From NCBI GenBank assembly GCA_963737655.1, contig CAVTTN010000002.1:5248001-5312000 (forward strand): a DNA stretch of 64,000 bases, read 5' to 3'. Made by a program: the position numbers and the translations under genes. How positions within the stretch are numbered: position 1 is the first letter of the stretch; the number at the start of each line of letters is the position of its first letter. Below are positions 34,101-46,000 of this stretch, piece after piece. Source of the DNA: an uncultured Planctomycetota bacterium (lineage in GTDB: Bacteria > Planctomycetota > Planctomycetia > Isosphaerales > Isosphaeraceae). The notes under the pieces are model-generated. The model had not been told where the DNA came from. It did no database searches and saw only the letters and a list, made by a program, of their open reading frames with translations.

Positions 34101-34616
34101 AAGTTCGTGGTGGAGCACGTCCCGGAGGGGGTGGCCCACGCCTCGACCGGCACGAGGTTCGGCAAGGACGCCGGGCCGTTCGGCGTGGTGTCGTCGCCCC
34201 GGCGGATGATCGCGGCCGGGCAGACGCTCGAACTGGACATCGGCGGCGAGGGGGAGGCGGTCGTCGGCACGCTCTCGGTGCCGGACCTCGTGCCGATCAG
34301 CACGGTCCGCGGCCGGTTGGTGCTCAAGGGCCCGCCGATGCCCGCGCGAGTCGAGGTCAAGGGCGACCGCGACGCCGCCTTCCTGGCCCACTTCAACGCC
34401 TATCGATCTCCGGAAGGGCGCGAATCGCGGCTGGCCGAGCGGTATTACGGGCTGAAGGTCGAGAAGACGGGGAAATTCCGGGCCGTGGAAGTCGTCCCCG
34501 GGACGTACACGCTCTCGTTCTGGGTCGGCGAGGACTTCCAGAAACCCGCCCTGACCCGGGAGATCACCGTGGGCAAGACGCGTTTGGACCTGGGGACGAT
34601 CGCCTTCCCGAAGTGA
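31164..34616 (+). CDS. BlaR1-like M56 peptidase with carboxypeptidase-regulatory-like repeats
   Basis: TM helices, HELVH, FFHP, REFACD; repeated GRVVD..GKPIAGA...TDADGR; ATGA overlap with repressor. Confidence 0.92.
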   Translation: MNLAADWVDRMAVPWASAMARTCLESSAVLALVGAVWWLGRKRLSAATLHALFLLVLVKLAVPIPLSLPVPASWGRFSPSTASDRVASWASAPQADPAAVVPFDELHRPIPRNPSETVVSTAPEIPPDPPEAAPRWTARSVLLMGWAGVVLALLARLIGAHLAMDRLVRRCPVVDPDALGIDASGLANRCGLKRPVPMVAVPGLGSPAVWGFVRPRVLVPPDLADGMTSEGLRWVILHELVHVRRRDAWIGLFQRLVQIAYFFHPAAWIANRAIDAHREFACDDAATALAGLPRFACGAGFLSVVERVGASRSRFSPSPGLFDEKSLIRRRLMRILDGRRPLRAGLSLGSLALIAVVALVGLPRLKAQEEKAKAKAPAAEEVAGRAIEVLVLAEEDGRPIAGATVEATAFRGLLEKSDFVTDAQGRCRVAIGEPAPSGFSLSASAPGRVPLSVGWNEDGPTSKIPDSSTFRLPRGEAISGRVVDEGGKPIAGAKVFPWLNGGVGPKGEAFASGDLASATTDADGRWSAALLPRGVGPDQDVLFRLKHPDFVSDRQGYPSSRSRKVRALRDGSASWTMNRGRPVRGVVLDPAGRPVAGAPVALSFSRSDGDEERTTTDDRGEFGFGHVEGPRLTLSVEKAGFGPAVLAVDSPAASPFTIRLEPGTPLTGRVVDHAGEPVAEALVKLDDFAGSRAWRWTTRTGPDGRFRWNDGPARGAVYFNVSKPPSSALGRMFAAGSHDGTVVLGPIQRLLGTVVDDETGKPIETFQLIPGWGAGDGVSWRRDGSMKTLKGGKFDLTGLFPDQDMVRSLRIEADGYLPGTSEPFKDNEAEVEFAFRLKRGASLGGTVRDREGRPVPGVKIAVTERFRELEFSNGQLGDFVQATKPFAKTGPDGHYEFRPQDQAYGLFAYHETGYARRSAEERVKSGDLTLEPWGRIEGRAIVQGQPLADTPIRLTLDATDEHSMFYDYYEYDAKTDAEGKFVVEHVPEGVAHASTGTRFGKDAGPFGVVSSPRRMIAAGQTLELDIGGEGEAVVGTLSVPDLVPISTVRGRLVLKGPPMPARVEVKGDRDAAFLAHFNAYRSPEGRESRLAERYYGLKVEKTGKFRAVEVVPGTYTLSFWVGEDFQKPALTREITVGKTRLDLGTIAFPK

Positions 34617-34649
34617 GCGAATTCGAGGGAGGTTGAACCGCCAATTCGA

Positions 34650-34871
34650 GGGGGATTGAACCGCCAAGACGCCAAGATCGCCAAGGTGAATAAGAGGAGA
34701 AGAAGAGGAGAGGAGAGGAGAAGACAAGAAGAGGAGAAGAAGAGATTTCAAAACTCTTCTCTGATTACTTTCTCTTTTTATTAACTTGTCTTTTCTTATT
34801 AACTTGTCTTCTCTTTTTCCTCTCGTTTTGTCCTCCTTGGCGATCTTGGCGTCTTGGCGGTTCAATCCCCC
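34650..34871. mobile_element. MITE-like element with 37-bp perfect terminal inverted repeats and purine/pyrimidine-skewed core
   Basis: GGGGGATTGAACCGCCAAGACGCCAAGATCGCCAAGG (34650-34686) and its reverse complement (34835-34871); partial duplicate of the left end at ~34620-34644. Confidence 0.65.
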
Positions 34872-34919
34872 CGGATTTCAGGCGTGGGCCGAGGCGGCGC
34901 CGATCTTGAACGGATTTTC

Positions 34920-34945
34920 GCAGGCCCGACTGAAGTCGGACCTAC
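34920..34945 (-). repeat. REP family B, single copy
   Basis: GCAGGCCCGACTGAAGTCGGACCTAC. Confidence 0.8.
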
Positions 34946-34996
34946 TCGTATGCTCATTCTCACCGAGGTTTTCTGCAGGGCACCGAAGGGTGCGTT

Positions 34997-35449
34997 TCAG
35001 GCCCCGGAGAGCGGGATCTCGTGATACGCCAGCGCCCATTCCTTCATGAAGCGGACTTGGTGGGGATCGACCCGGTAGACGATCAGGTCGGGGTTGTCGA
35101 TCGACCCGAGGTACTGGCGGAGCAAGGGGTTGGCGTCCCAGATCTCCTGGAGGACGGCTCGATCCGAGACGAGGGCGGCGGTCCCGGTGATCCTCACCTG
35201 GTCGTGGTGGTCGTCGAGATAGACGAGCTCGACCCGGGGATTGGCGGCGATCTCGGCGGTCTTGTGATAGGCCCGCAAGTTGGCGATGAAGACGGTGAAC
35301 CCCTCGGTCTTCACCGGGGAGACCGGGCGGACCCGGGGCTGGTCGCCGTCGATCGTGGCGAGGTGGGGGAAGCGGTCGGCCTGGACGACGGCCAGGGCGA
35401 GCTCGCGGAGCCGTCCGGGTTCGATCGGTTCGGGCAATGGCTTGCTCAT
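34997..35449 (-). CDS. pyridoxamine 5'-phosphate oxidase-like (FMN split barrel) protein
   Basis: LATIDGDQPRVRPV...KTAEIAANPRVEL...QVRITG. Confidence 0.88.
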   Translation of the reverse strand: MSKPLPEPIEPGRLRELALAVVQADRFPHLATIDGDQPRVRPVSPVKTEGFTVFIANLRAYHKTAEIAANPRVELVYLDDHHDQVRITGTAALVSDRAVLQEIWDANPLLRQYLGSIDNPDLIVYRVDPHQVRFMKEWALAYHEIPLSGA

Positions 35450-35711
35450 CGGCGGAGGCCCTTCGAGACCGGGTTTCGGGGGGACGTGCCGGCCCCGAGG
35501 ATAGGGTGTAGCTCCCGAATCTGGAGCTTTTTTTCGGGTGCCTCCGGTTCGAGAACCGGGGGCACCCCAGGAGTTCCAGATTCCAGAGCGATACCCCCGA
35601 GGATACCGGATCGGGCGTCGTCGATCATTGATCGGGCCTCCGGGCGTGGTCATGATGGAGGGCCTGGAGAGAGAGACCGCGCGAGGGCGTCCCTTTTGGG
35701 GAGACACCGGG

Positions 35712-38700
35712 ATGAGACGGAGCTTCCTCGGCTGGGCGGCGGTGGCGTCGGCCCTCCTCGCGACCGGCCCGGCCCGAGGGGAGCGGACGGTGTGGGTCGT
35801 GGCCATCGGCGTGGAGGCGCACGACGACCCGGCGTTGGGCGCGAACCCGGGGGCCCGGGCCTCGGCCGAGGCGGTGGCGACGTGGTTCCGGGGGATGGGG
35901 GCGTCGGCCCGGGTGGCGTTGCTGACCGATTCGGCGCCCAAATCCTCGGACAACGCCGACCGCCGGGCCCGGATCGAGCGAGGGGCGCCGCTCCGGGCCG
36001 ATTCCGAGACGATCCGCTGGGCCCTGGGCCGGTGGATCGCCTTCCGGTCGTCCGAGGAGGCGAGCGTGGTCATCTATTTCGCCGGCAAGACGGCCCGGGC
36101 CGGCGGGGAGGCGTTTCGCCAGCAGCTGGTGCCCGTCGATGGCGAGGCGAAGGCGCCGGAGAGGCGCGGGGTGGCCCTGGAGCGGGACTATTTCGCCGCG
36201 AACCTGTCGGCCCGGTCGCGGAGGCCCACGCTCCTGCTCCTGGACACCGCCCCGGCCCCTTCGGAGAAGAGGACGGTGGTCGCGGCCGACGACCCGGGCG
36301 AACGATGGCTCGTCCGGCTGGCGCCGGCCGGTCAGAACGCCTCGGCGTGGCTGGCGGCGGAGTCGGCCCCGCCGGACCTCTCCGCCAGGGCCGGGCGGTC
36401 GGCCCTGGCCTCGGCGTTCGTCGCGGCGATGGGCGACCCGAAGGCCCCCCGGGCCTTGCCCGAGGCGCTGGGGAGGCTCCGTCGCGACCCGGGATTGGCC
36501 CGCCAGGGGTTCCGCACGGTCGGCGTGGTCCCGCCGTCGTGGTCGCTCGGGCCGGAGCCGGGGCCGAGGGTCGAGCCGGCCCCGGCCGAGCTGCTGATCA
36601 AGCGGGGGCATAGCGACGTGGTCACGGCCGCCTTCTTCTCGGCCGACACCGACCGGCTCTTCACCGCCGGCAAGGACGCCACGATCCGCGTCTGGCTCCG
36701 CGACGACGCGACGGCCCGGGCGTTGAGCGATCCGGCCCGGCGGCTGGAGCCTCCGCCGTTGCTCAACGTCCTGACGCACAACGAGAACGAGATCCGCGGC
36801 GTGGCGATGAGCCCGGACGAGCGATGGGTCGTCAGCGGCGACAACCTCGGGGGGGTCTGGGCGTGGGACGCCCTCCGGCGGTCGGCGTTCCGGCTGAACG
36901 AGCCCGGGCCCGGCCCGGCCGGTCGTGGCCGTGGGGTTCCTGCCGGGATCGGGCCGCCTGGCGGCCGTGATGGAGGAGCGGCTCTGGATCTGGGACGCGA
37001 TCGGCCCGGATTCGCGGCCCCGGGCCATCACCCCTCCGCGATCGACGTCCAGGGCCGCATTCGCGACGGCCGAGGGCGGGGCGGCGGCGGCGGCCTCGGG
37101 CTTCGACGGCCGAATCCGGGTCTTCGACGCCTCGGGCCGCGAGGTCCTGGTGCTCTCGCCGTTCGAGGGGCCGGAGGCGGCCGAGGGGGTCGCGACCCGG
37201 GGGCCGGCGATCTCGGCCGACGGCTCGACGGTGGCCGCCGGGACGTCGTCCGGCGCGCTCTGGGCCTGGAGGCTCGCGGAGGCCGGGGGCTCGTGGAAGG
37301 CGGGCGAGCCGGTCCGCCGGGAGACGCTCGGGGACGTGAAGGAGGTGGCCGTCTCGGCCGAGGGCGGGACCGTGGCGGCGGCCTCCGGCAACCGGGTCCA
37401 CCTGGTCCCGACCGCTCCGGGCCAGGCCGATCGCGCGGTGGCCTTGACCGGGGCGACCGCGCCGATGGCCTTCTCGCCCGACGGCCGATGGCTCGTGGCG
37501 ACCGGAGAGCGAGGCGGCTCGGGGGCGTGGGGGGGGACGGTCCTGTGGAGGCTCGATCCCCGGGCCCTCCCCCTGATCTGGCCGCTCCGCAACCCCGAGG
37601 CGGACCGGCCCGGGGGGGTGGCGGCGCCCCCGGTGACCTCGGCCCTGGCGTTCTCGCCCGACGGCCGGGCCCTGGTCCTGGCCGACACCTCGGGAGAGGT
37701 GCGGGCCTGGGACCTCCCCTCGGGCGAACGCCGGGCGACGATCCCGGCCGGGGCGGGCAAGGTCGGCCAGATCGCCGCGGCGCCCGAGGGCTCGCTCCTC
37801 CTGCAGATCACCGCCCTGCCCGACGGCATCGCCCGGGCCTGGGACCTCCGCGTCAACGCCCAGGGGATCGAGAACGTGGCCGCGCCCCTGCCGGCCGTCG
37901 AGGGCGCGCGGTGGGACGCCGGCGCCGTCCTCCCCGGAGATCGCGGGATCGTCCTGACCTGCTCCGAGGACCTCCACAAGGTCCACGTCGTCGATCCGGT
38001 CTCCGGCCGGAAGAAGGCGGACCTGGAATGGCCCAGGGACTCGCAGACCGGCGCCTTCCTGCCCCGGTCCTTCACCACGATCGCCGCCACGGCCGACGGC
38101 CATTACGCGGCCGGGGGCAGCGCCCAGGAGCTCAGCGGCCCGGCCTGCGTGTGGGACCTGGAGAAAGGGACGTTGCTGTTCACCTATCGGGACGAGAAGT
38201 ACGGCGTGAAGGTCGTGGCGTTCCCGCCCGAGGGCAACGCCGTCCTGGCGGGGATGACCGACGGCTCGGCCCGCCTTTTGAGCCTGGAGCCCGAGCCCCG
38301 GGTGCTCAAGGCCTATGACACCGGCGACGGCTCGGAGGTCACGGCCCTGGCGATCCACCCGAAGGACGGCCGGATCGTGGCCGTGGGGAGCCGGTTCGGG
38401 CGGGTCGCGGTGTTCGGCCCGGGGGACGGCCCTCCTCGCGAATTCCTGGCCCGAGGAGCGCGGATCAGCCCGGTCACGGCCCTGGCCTTCACGCCCGACG
38501 GCACCCACCTGGCCGCCTCCCGGGAGAACGAGAAGGCCCCGTGGCTCTGGACGACCGACGACCCGGCCCGCCCGATCCGCCTGGTCGGCCATACCGAGAG
38601 GGTCGCCTCGCTCCTGGCCTGGCCCGGGTCGCGCGTCCTGTTCGAGCGCCGGGGACGACGGGACCATCCGGGCCTGGTCGGTCCGGGACGGCTCGGCCCT

Positions 38701-40087
38701 GGGGACGCTCACGACCCTGGCCGACTCGACCGAGTGGGTCGCCTTCACCCCGGACGGGCTCTTCGACGGCTCGCCCGTCGGCTGGAGGCGGGTGGCGTGG
38801 CGGATGCCGGGGTTCCTGGAAGTCCGCCCGGTGGGCCTGTTCTTCAACGACTTCCGCGCCTCCGGGCTGGTCCGACGCATCCTCAAGGCGGACCGGCCGA
38901 GCCCCAAGGGGCTGACGATCGGCCAACGCCCCGCGCCCAGGGTCACCTTGACCGGCCCCGAGTCCTCGACCCTGGAGAAGCCCGAGGCCGTCCTGAAGGT
39001 CTCGCTGAGGGACGAGGGCGGCGGGATCGGCCGGCTGACCGCCTCGAGGACCGGGCCCGACGGCGTCCTCACGCCGATCCGGCCGGGCGGCCCGGGCGCC
39101 TCGGGCGTGGGCGGGTCGAGGGAGCTGGAAATGATCATCGCCCTGTTCCCGGGGGAGAACCGGATCGAGGTCCGCGCCGGCAATGAGGACGACTCGGAGC
39201 AATCCGCCCCGCAGACCCTGGTGCTGACCTACGCCCCGCCGAAGCCCGTGGCGGTCGCCCCCCGGCTCCACGTCCTGGCCGTCGGGGTCAGCCGCTACCG
39301 GGTGGACGGGATCTCCCTGAAATACCCGGCCGGCGACGCCCTGGCGATCGCCGAGCTGTTCCGCGCCCGCAGCCCGGCCGTCTTCGGCCGGGGCCACGTG
39401 ACGGTCGCCCCGGTCCTGACCGACGAGAAGGCCACCAAGGCGGCGATCCTCGACGCCCTCCGCGGCCTCGTGGCGACGACCCGGCCCGAGGACACGGTGG
39501 TCCTCTACCTCGCCGGTCATGGCGTGGTCAGCCCGGACCGAGACGGCCGCGACGCCTATTATTTCTGCCCCCACGACGTCGATCCGGCCGACGGGCCGGG
39601 CCTGACGATCTCGGCGATCTCGACCGACGAGCTGGCCCGGGCCCTGTGCGAGTCCCCGTCCGGGCGGACCGCCTCGCGACGGGTGCTGATCCTGGACACC
39701 TGCGGGGCCGGACAGGTCCTGGCCGACCTGCCCGCGAAGCTGATCGGCATCCTCGACGCCTCGGCCCGGGACCGAGGGCAGATGATGATCGCGGCGAGTT
39801 CGGCGCGAGGCAAGGCCGACGAGTCGGAGAAGCTCCGCCACGGCATCCTGACCTATACCCTGCTGGCCGCCCTCGGCGCCGTGCCCCGGGCCCCCGAGAT
39901 CCTCCCCGCCACCATCGAGAACGCCCCCGGAGACCTCATCGACGCCAGGATCTGGTTCCACTTCGCCAGCGACTGGGCCCGGGACGTCGGAGAGAAGGTC
40001 CGGGTGGACGAGCCGCCGTCGGTCCAGGTCTCCTCGCCCGTCCCGCAGATCAACCTGTTCCGCATCGATCGCCCGGGGGGCCGGTGA
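35712..40087 (+). CDS. secreted pseudo-caspase + WD40 propellers + Ig-like + active caspase (C14) protein (frameshifts at ~36910 and ~38644)
   Basis: Signal peptide; N-terminal YFAGK/LLLDTA; WD repeats (GHSDVV...AGKDATIRVW, AFSPDGR); WVAFTPDGLFD; C-terminal YLAGHG and ILDTCG. Confidence 0.85.
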
Positions 40088-40126
40088 CCGGGCGGACCCT
40101 CGGGGAATCGGCACCGATCCTCGCGT

Positions 40127-42608
40127 CTACCGCCCCCGGGCCCGGCGATCGGGGCATTCCAGGACGATGCGGAACCCCAGGTCATTGGGGAGGGTCCCGT
40201 CGTCGGGGACGACCTGGGCGGGCGTCATCGGGTCGCCCTGGGCGGGTTCGGTGCGGAAGGAGCCTCCCCGGACGAGGAACGAGCCGGACTGGCCCTCGGC
40301 GGCGTCCCGGCACCATTCTCGGGCGTTGCCGGCGAGGCTCAAGACGCCCTGTTCGGTCACGTCCCCCGAGAAGGGGTGCTGGACCGGGAACAGGGGGATC
40401 GGGAGGTTGGCGATCCCGGGAGGGGCGATCCCTCGGAGGTTCGCCCAGGGGTCGCCGGGGGCCGGCCTCCGGCCCTGGGGCATCCAGGCGAAGACGTGAA
40501 CCAGCGGCTTGCCCCCGGACCGGGCCGCGTATTCCCACTGGAGGCTCGTCGGCATCCGGCCGAAGTGGGAGCGGGCGAACGCCCGGGCCATCGCGTGGCT
40601 GACGGCCACGGCCGGATACGCCTCCGCCTGGGCCGGCGGTTGGCCGTCGAAGGCGAAGAAATTCTCCAGGCCGGACATCGCATCGGACCACCGGAGAGGA
40701 TCGCCGGGGGGCTGGCCCACCTGGAGGAACCGGCGGAACTCGCCGTTGGTCACCTCGGTGGCCTGGAGGTAGAACGGCGGGACGACGACCGCCTTGTTGC
40801 TCCCCCCGGCGCGAACTCGCCTCGGGGGAGCCGGACGAACGGCGTGCCGTCGGACTGCCGGACGATCCTCCGGGGCCAGCCGTCCTCGTCCAGGTCCGAG
40901 CCCTCGGCCCGGGCGTACCCTTCGGGGAGATACACGTTGTCCGTCGAGAGCAGGAACTTGACCCCGTCCTCCTCGCGGATCACGGCCCCGGGCCACGGGG
41001 TATCGATCCCGTCCGGCGCCAGGGGGACGCAGCCCAGCGACTTCCACGAGGCCAGCGGCGGAGTCGGAGTCGGCGGCGGAGTCGGTGTCGGTGTCGGTGT
41101 CGGTGTTGGGGTCGGTGTTGGGGTCGGCGGAGTCGGCCTCGTTCGGTCCGCGACCGGGAACAGGAATGCCCGGATCGGCCCCCGGGCCGCGAAGCCCGAC
41201 GCCCCCAGGCCGACCAGGACGACCGCCGCGACCAACCACCGCAAGCCCGCCCCGGACCCCGGCCCCGGCTCCCGCTCCGGTCGAGGCGCGACCGGGTGAT
41301 CCGGGAACCGGCCGATCGGCGGCGGCGGGGCCTCGGCGGCGACGGGGATCGGCATCGGCATCGGCATCGGAGTCGGAGTCGGGGTCGGCGGATGGGAGAG
41401 GACCTCGCCCGACTCCTCCATCGAGGGCAGGGATTGCGGCGCGAGGTGAGGAAGCCGAGTGGGAGGCGAGGCCAGGCCGTCGCGGTTCATCGGCGGGGCC
41501 GTCGAGGCCAGGCCCAGGGCCTGGAGGAACTCGTCGGCGAGCTCGCGGGCCGACTGCGGGCGGTCGGCCGGGTTCTTGGCCAGGCACCTCATCACCAGCC
41601 TCTCGACGGCCCCGGGGACCCGGACCTCCGGGTTGGCCGCGCCGAATGGCGGGGGGGCCTTGGACAGGTGGTCGTTCAGGACCATCTGCGGAGTCCCCCG
41701 GAACGGCCGATAGCCGGTGAGCATCTCGTAGATCAGGACGCCCACGGAGTACAGGTCGCTCCGGCCGTCGAGCTCTCGGCGCCCCGGCACTGCTCGGGGC
41801 TGGAGTAATACGTCGTGCCGAGGAAGCAGCCGGGCAGGGTGCGGAGGCCGTCGTCCAGGGAGTCGTCCTGGCGGATCTTGGCGATCCCGAAGTCCAGGAC
41901 CTTGAGGTTCCGGCCCGGCGGCCGGCCGTCGACGAGCATCAGGTTCGACGGCTTGAGGTCGCGGTGGACCACCTCCAAAACGTGGGCGACCTGGAGGACG
42001 TCGCACAGGGGCTCGACGACGTGGGAGACCCATTCCAGGTCCATCGGCCGGCCGGGCCGGAGCAGGGCGTTGAGGCTCTTGCCGCGGATGTACTCCATCT
42101 CGATGAAGGCCGAATCCTTGGCGAGCCGGGCGTCGTGGACGGCCACGGCGTTGGGGTGATCCAGCCGGGCCATCACCCGGGCCTCGCGGAGGAACCGGGC
42201 CCGGACCTGGGGATCGGTGGCGATCGCCGGGCTGATCAGCTTCAGGGCGCGCTCGGCGTCGAGCTCGGCGTGGCGGACCAGCCACACCGACCCCATCCCG
42301 CCGGAGCCCAGCTGGCGCTCGACCCGGTATCGGCCGAAGAGCACCTGCCCGGGCTCGGGCTCGTCGCCCACGGACATCGACGCCAGGAGCTCCGACGACC
42401 CGACCACCGCCGGGCCGCCGGTCCCGGGCGGAGGCGGCGGGAGCAACGGGGGCGGCGTCGCCTCGTCCCGGCCCCGGGGCCGCGTCTCGGGCGACCAGCC
42501 CGGCGCCACGCCCCACGAGCTGGGCGCGCCCGGATCGTCGGACGCGGCGAACTGCGACCGCGTCTTCGGATCGACCGGATCGGGCTGTCCCGCCTGGGGT
42601 TGCGACAT
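40127..42608 (-). CDS. membrane Ser/Thr kinase with Pro/Thr linker and C-terminal FGE-sulfatase (SUMF1)-like domain (frameshifts at ~41775 and C6 run ~40802)
   Basis: GSGGMG, ALK, HRDLKPSN, DFG, SPEQ, SDLYSVG; TM; (PT)n; TEVTN, PTSLQWEYAAR, GNAREW, RGGSF, LGFR. Confidence 0.9.
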
Positions 42609-42892
42609 CCGCCACGCTCCCAACCGAGGGCCGCGACGCGCCCCGGACCACCGGACCTCTCGCGGGCCTCCTTCCAGATATACGCGATCTCCGCCGCCCA
42701 TTCCAAGCTTTCCGCCGTCACGCCCGACGGTTTTCCCCGTCCCCTCCCCTCCGGCCTCGGGCCGCCGGCCCCGGCTCCCCCCCGATGCGTTCGATAGTTC
42801 GAAATATCTCCGAAATAACACCGGTCCCTTGACAGCCCCCGCGGCCCCACTGATGATCCCCTTCCAATCCGCGCGTGTCACTTCTTTTTCGT

Positions 42893-42920
42893 TTGACACG
42901 CCACGGGTGCCTTGTACATT
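42893..42920 (+). promoter_or_regulatory. possible sigma70 promoter of the giant beta-helix gene
   Basis: TTGACA-N16-TACATT in an AT-richer divergent intergenic region. Confidence 0.45.
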
Positions 42921-43032
42921 GGACTTCGGTCGATCTCCCAGTTCCCCCATTTCCCCGTTGCATCAATTATCTACCCATCCCCCCTAATCGATATTCATGC
43001 CCGATGTGGGGGATTTTTCCGGAGCCCAACCG

Positions 43033-46000
43033 ATGCGGCAGGGCAAGGCGAAGGCGCGACATCTCGGCTACGATCGCCGGCGATCTCATGGGCGGCTGAG
43101 CCTGGAGGCCCTGGAGCCCCGGCAGCTCTTAGCGACCCTCACGGTGACCATGTCGGGCGATGCCGCCGGGGCGACGGGGACGCTCCGCGATGAGCTTTCC
43201 AAGGCCAACTCGCCGGGCGGCGACTCGATCGTCTTCGACCTGCAGGACCAGAATCCGGACGCCGGTAACAACGAGACCATCACCCTGAATTCCCCGGTCA
43301 CCGTCGGCGGGATGGTCACGATCCAGGGGATCGCCGTCGGCGGGACCCATTCGACGATCACGATCGATGGCGGGGGCAAGGCGTTCGACGGCCTGATCCT
43401 CACGGGCGACGCGAACTCGCTGAGGAACCTGACGGTCAACGACTTCGGCGGCAGCGGCGTGGTGATCCAGGGCGGCACCGGCGACACGATCGTCGGCAGC
43501 TTCCTCGGCACCGACTCCAGGGGGGCGGCGGCCATCGCCAACGGCGGGGCCGGCATCCTGATCATGGCCGGCGGCAGCACGATCGGCGCCCTGGCCATGC
43601 CCAACGTGATCTCCGGCAACGGCGGCGCGGGCGTGTCGATCGCCGGGACGGCCTCGGGCAACGTCCTGATCGGCAACAAGCTCGGCGTCGGCGCCGACGG
43701 CACCACCCCCCTGCCCAACAGCATCGGCGTGGGCCTCAGCGGAGTGACCGGCAACACCATCGGCCCGGGCAACGTGATCGCCGGCAACCTGGCCGAAGGG
43801 GTCCGGATCGACGGCGGCTCGAAGAACGTCGTCACGGGCTCCTACCTCGGCACCGACCCCGCCGGGGACGACCTCCACAACGGCACCTTCGGCGTGGTGA
43901 TCGGCCCCGCCACGGCCTCGGACGGCAACACCATCGGCGGGGCCGCCGTCGCCGACGGCAACACCATCGCCTTCAACCCCACGAGCGTCCGCGTCCACTC
44001 CGGCACCGGCAACTCGATCCTCACCAACTCGATCCACGACAACAAGACCGCCGGGATCGCCCTGGACCCGGGCGCCAACGAGGACGTGACCGCGCCGACC
44101 GTGAACGCCGCCCTCGATTTCTCGGCGACTTACACCACCCGTCAGGGCGTGATCGCCCGGGGGACCGTGACCGGGGTTCTCGGGGCCGACGGCAAGTACC
44201 TCGTCCAGTTCTTCTCCGACCCGGCCGCCGACGCCAACCTCGACGAGGGCCGGACGTTCCTCGGCAGCACCGTCGTGACCGTCGCCGCCGGGACCGGCGC
44301 GTTCGACGTGGACCTGACCGGGACCGTCGCCGTGGGCGACTACATCACGGCCACCGCGACGACGCCGACCGGCAGCACCTCGATGTTCTCGGCCGCGACG
44401 AAGACGACCGACGCGCTCCTCGTGACGACCACCGGCAACGACCCCGCGACGCCCGGCACCCTGCCCTACGCCCTCCAGGCCGCCAACGACCACAAGAACG
44501 CCACCGACCGCATCCACTTCGACATCTTCTCCGGCCCATTCGTGATCGCGCCAACCGATACGCTGACGGCGACCGACCCGGTCATCATCGACGGCACCTC
44601 GCAGATTGGCTACACCACGACCCCGATCATCGAGATCAGCGGGGCGAACGCGCCGACGACCTCCGACGGCCTCGTCTTCGACGCCGGATCGGGCGGGAGC
44701 GCCCTGGTGGGCGTGGCGGTCTACGGGTTCGGAGGCACCGCCGCCCCCCTGGCCAGCAACGTCGTCCTGAACTCCGACGGCGACGCCATCGCGGCCGATT
44801 TCCTCGGCCTCCAGCCCGACGGCACCGCCCTGAACACCGGGGTTGGGCTGACGGTCAAGTCGGCGAGCAACACCATCGGCGGGTCCGGCGCGGTCACGAT
44901 CGGCCCGGCGGGGGCGTCCGTGACGGTCGCGAACCCCGGCAACCTGATCTCGGGCAACGCGGGCGATGGCATCCTCCTGACCGGCGCCGGGGCGACCGGC
45001 AACCGCGTCCTGGGCAGCACGATCGGCGCCGATGTGACCGGGGCGACGGCCGTCCCCAACGGCGGATCGGGCGTGACGATCGTCTCCGGGGCCTCTTTGA
45101 ACACGATCGGCGGGTCGAAGGCCGGCGAGGGGAACCTGATCTCCGGCAACGCGGGGTCCGGCGTGTCGATCACCGGGACGACCGCCACGAGCAACCTCCT
45201 GCTCGGCAACTTCGTCGGCACCACGGCCGACGGCAAGTCCGTCCTGGCCGGGACCTCGCAGCCGACGGGCGTGTTCCTCGACACGACGACCGGCAACACG
45301 ATCGGCGCCGGCAACGTCGTCTCGGGCGGCACCTCGGCGAACGTCGAGATCAACGGCGGGTCGAAGAACGTCGTGTCCGGCAGCTTCGTGGGGACGAACG
45401 CCAGCGGCTCGGCGGCCCTGGCCGGCACCTCGCCCACCGATGGCGTGTATGTGAACGGATCGGCGTCGAACACGATCACCGGGAACCTGATCTCGGGGAA
45501 CGCGACCGGGGTGGTCCTCTCCGCGGCCGGCGCCACCGACAACGTCGTGATCTCGAACCGGATCGGCACGGATGCGGCGGGCTCGGCGGCGGTGGGCAAC
45601 AACGTCGGCGTGAGCGTCGATACCAACGCCTCGGGCAACGCCATCGGCCAGAGCGGCTCGGGCAACCTGATCTCGGGGAACTCCGCCGACGGCATCCAGA
45701 TCATCAACAACGGCGCCTCCGCCAACACCATCGCCGGCAACACGATCGGCCTGGACCTCTCCGGCTCGGCCAAGCTCGCCAACGGCGGGGCCGGCCTGAA
45801 CGTCGGCAACTCGTCGCTCCTCCTGATCGGCGGCAGTGCCACCGGCGCCGGCAACGTGATCGCCGGCAACGCCCACGAGGGGGTCATCCTGGGCTCCACC
45901 AGCCCGGCCCTCTCCAACACGATCCAGGGCAACGCCATCGGCACCGACCGCGCCGGGACCGCCACGACCCTGGGCAACGGCGCCGACGGCATCCTGATCA

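Noticed and set aside
40127..40800. Diversity-generating retroelement target (FGE/CLec fold)
   Set aside because: No reverse transcriptase and no template/variable repeat pair seen in the window.
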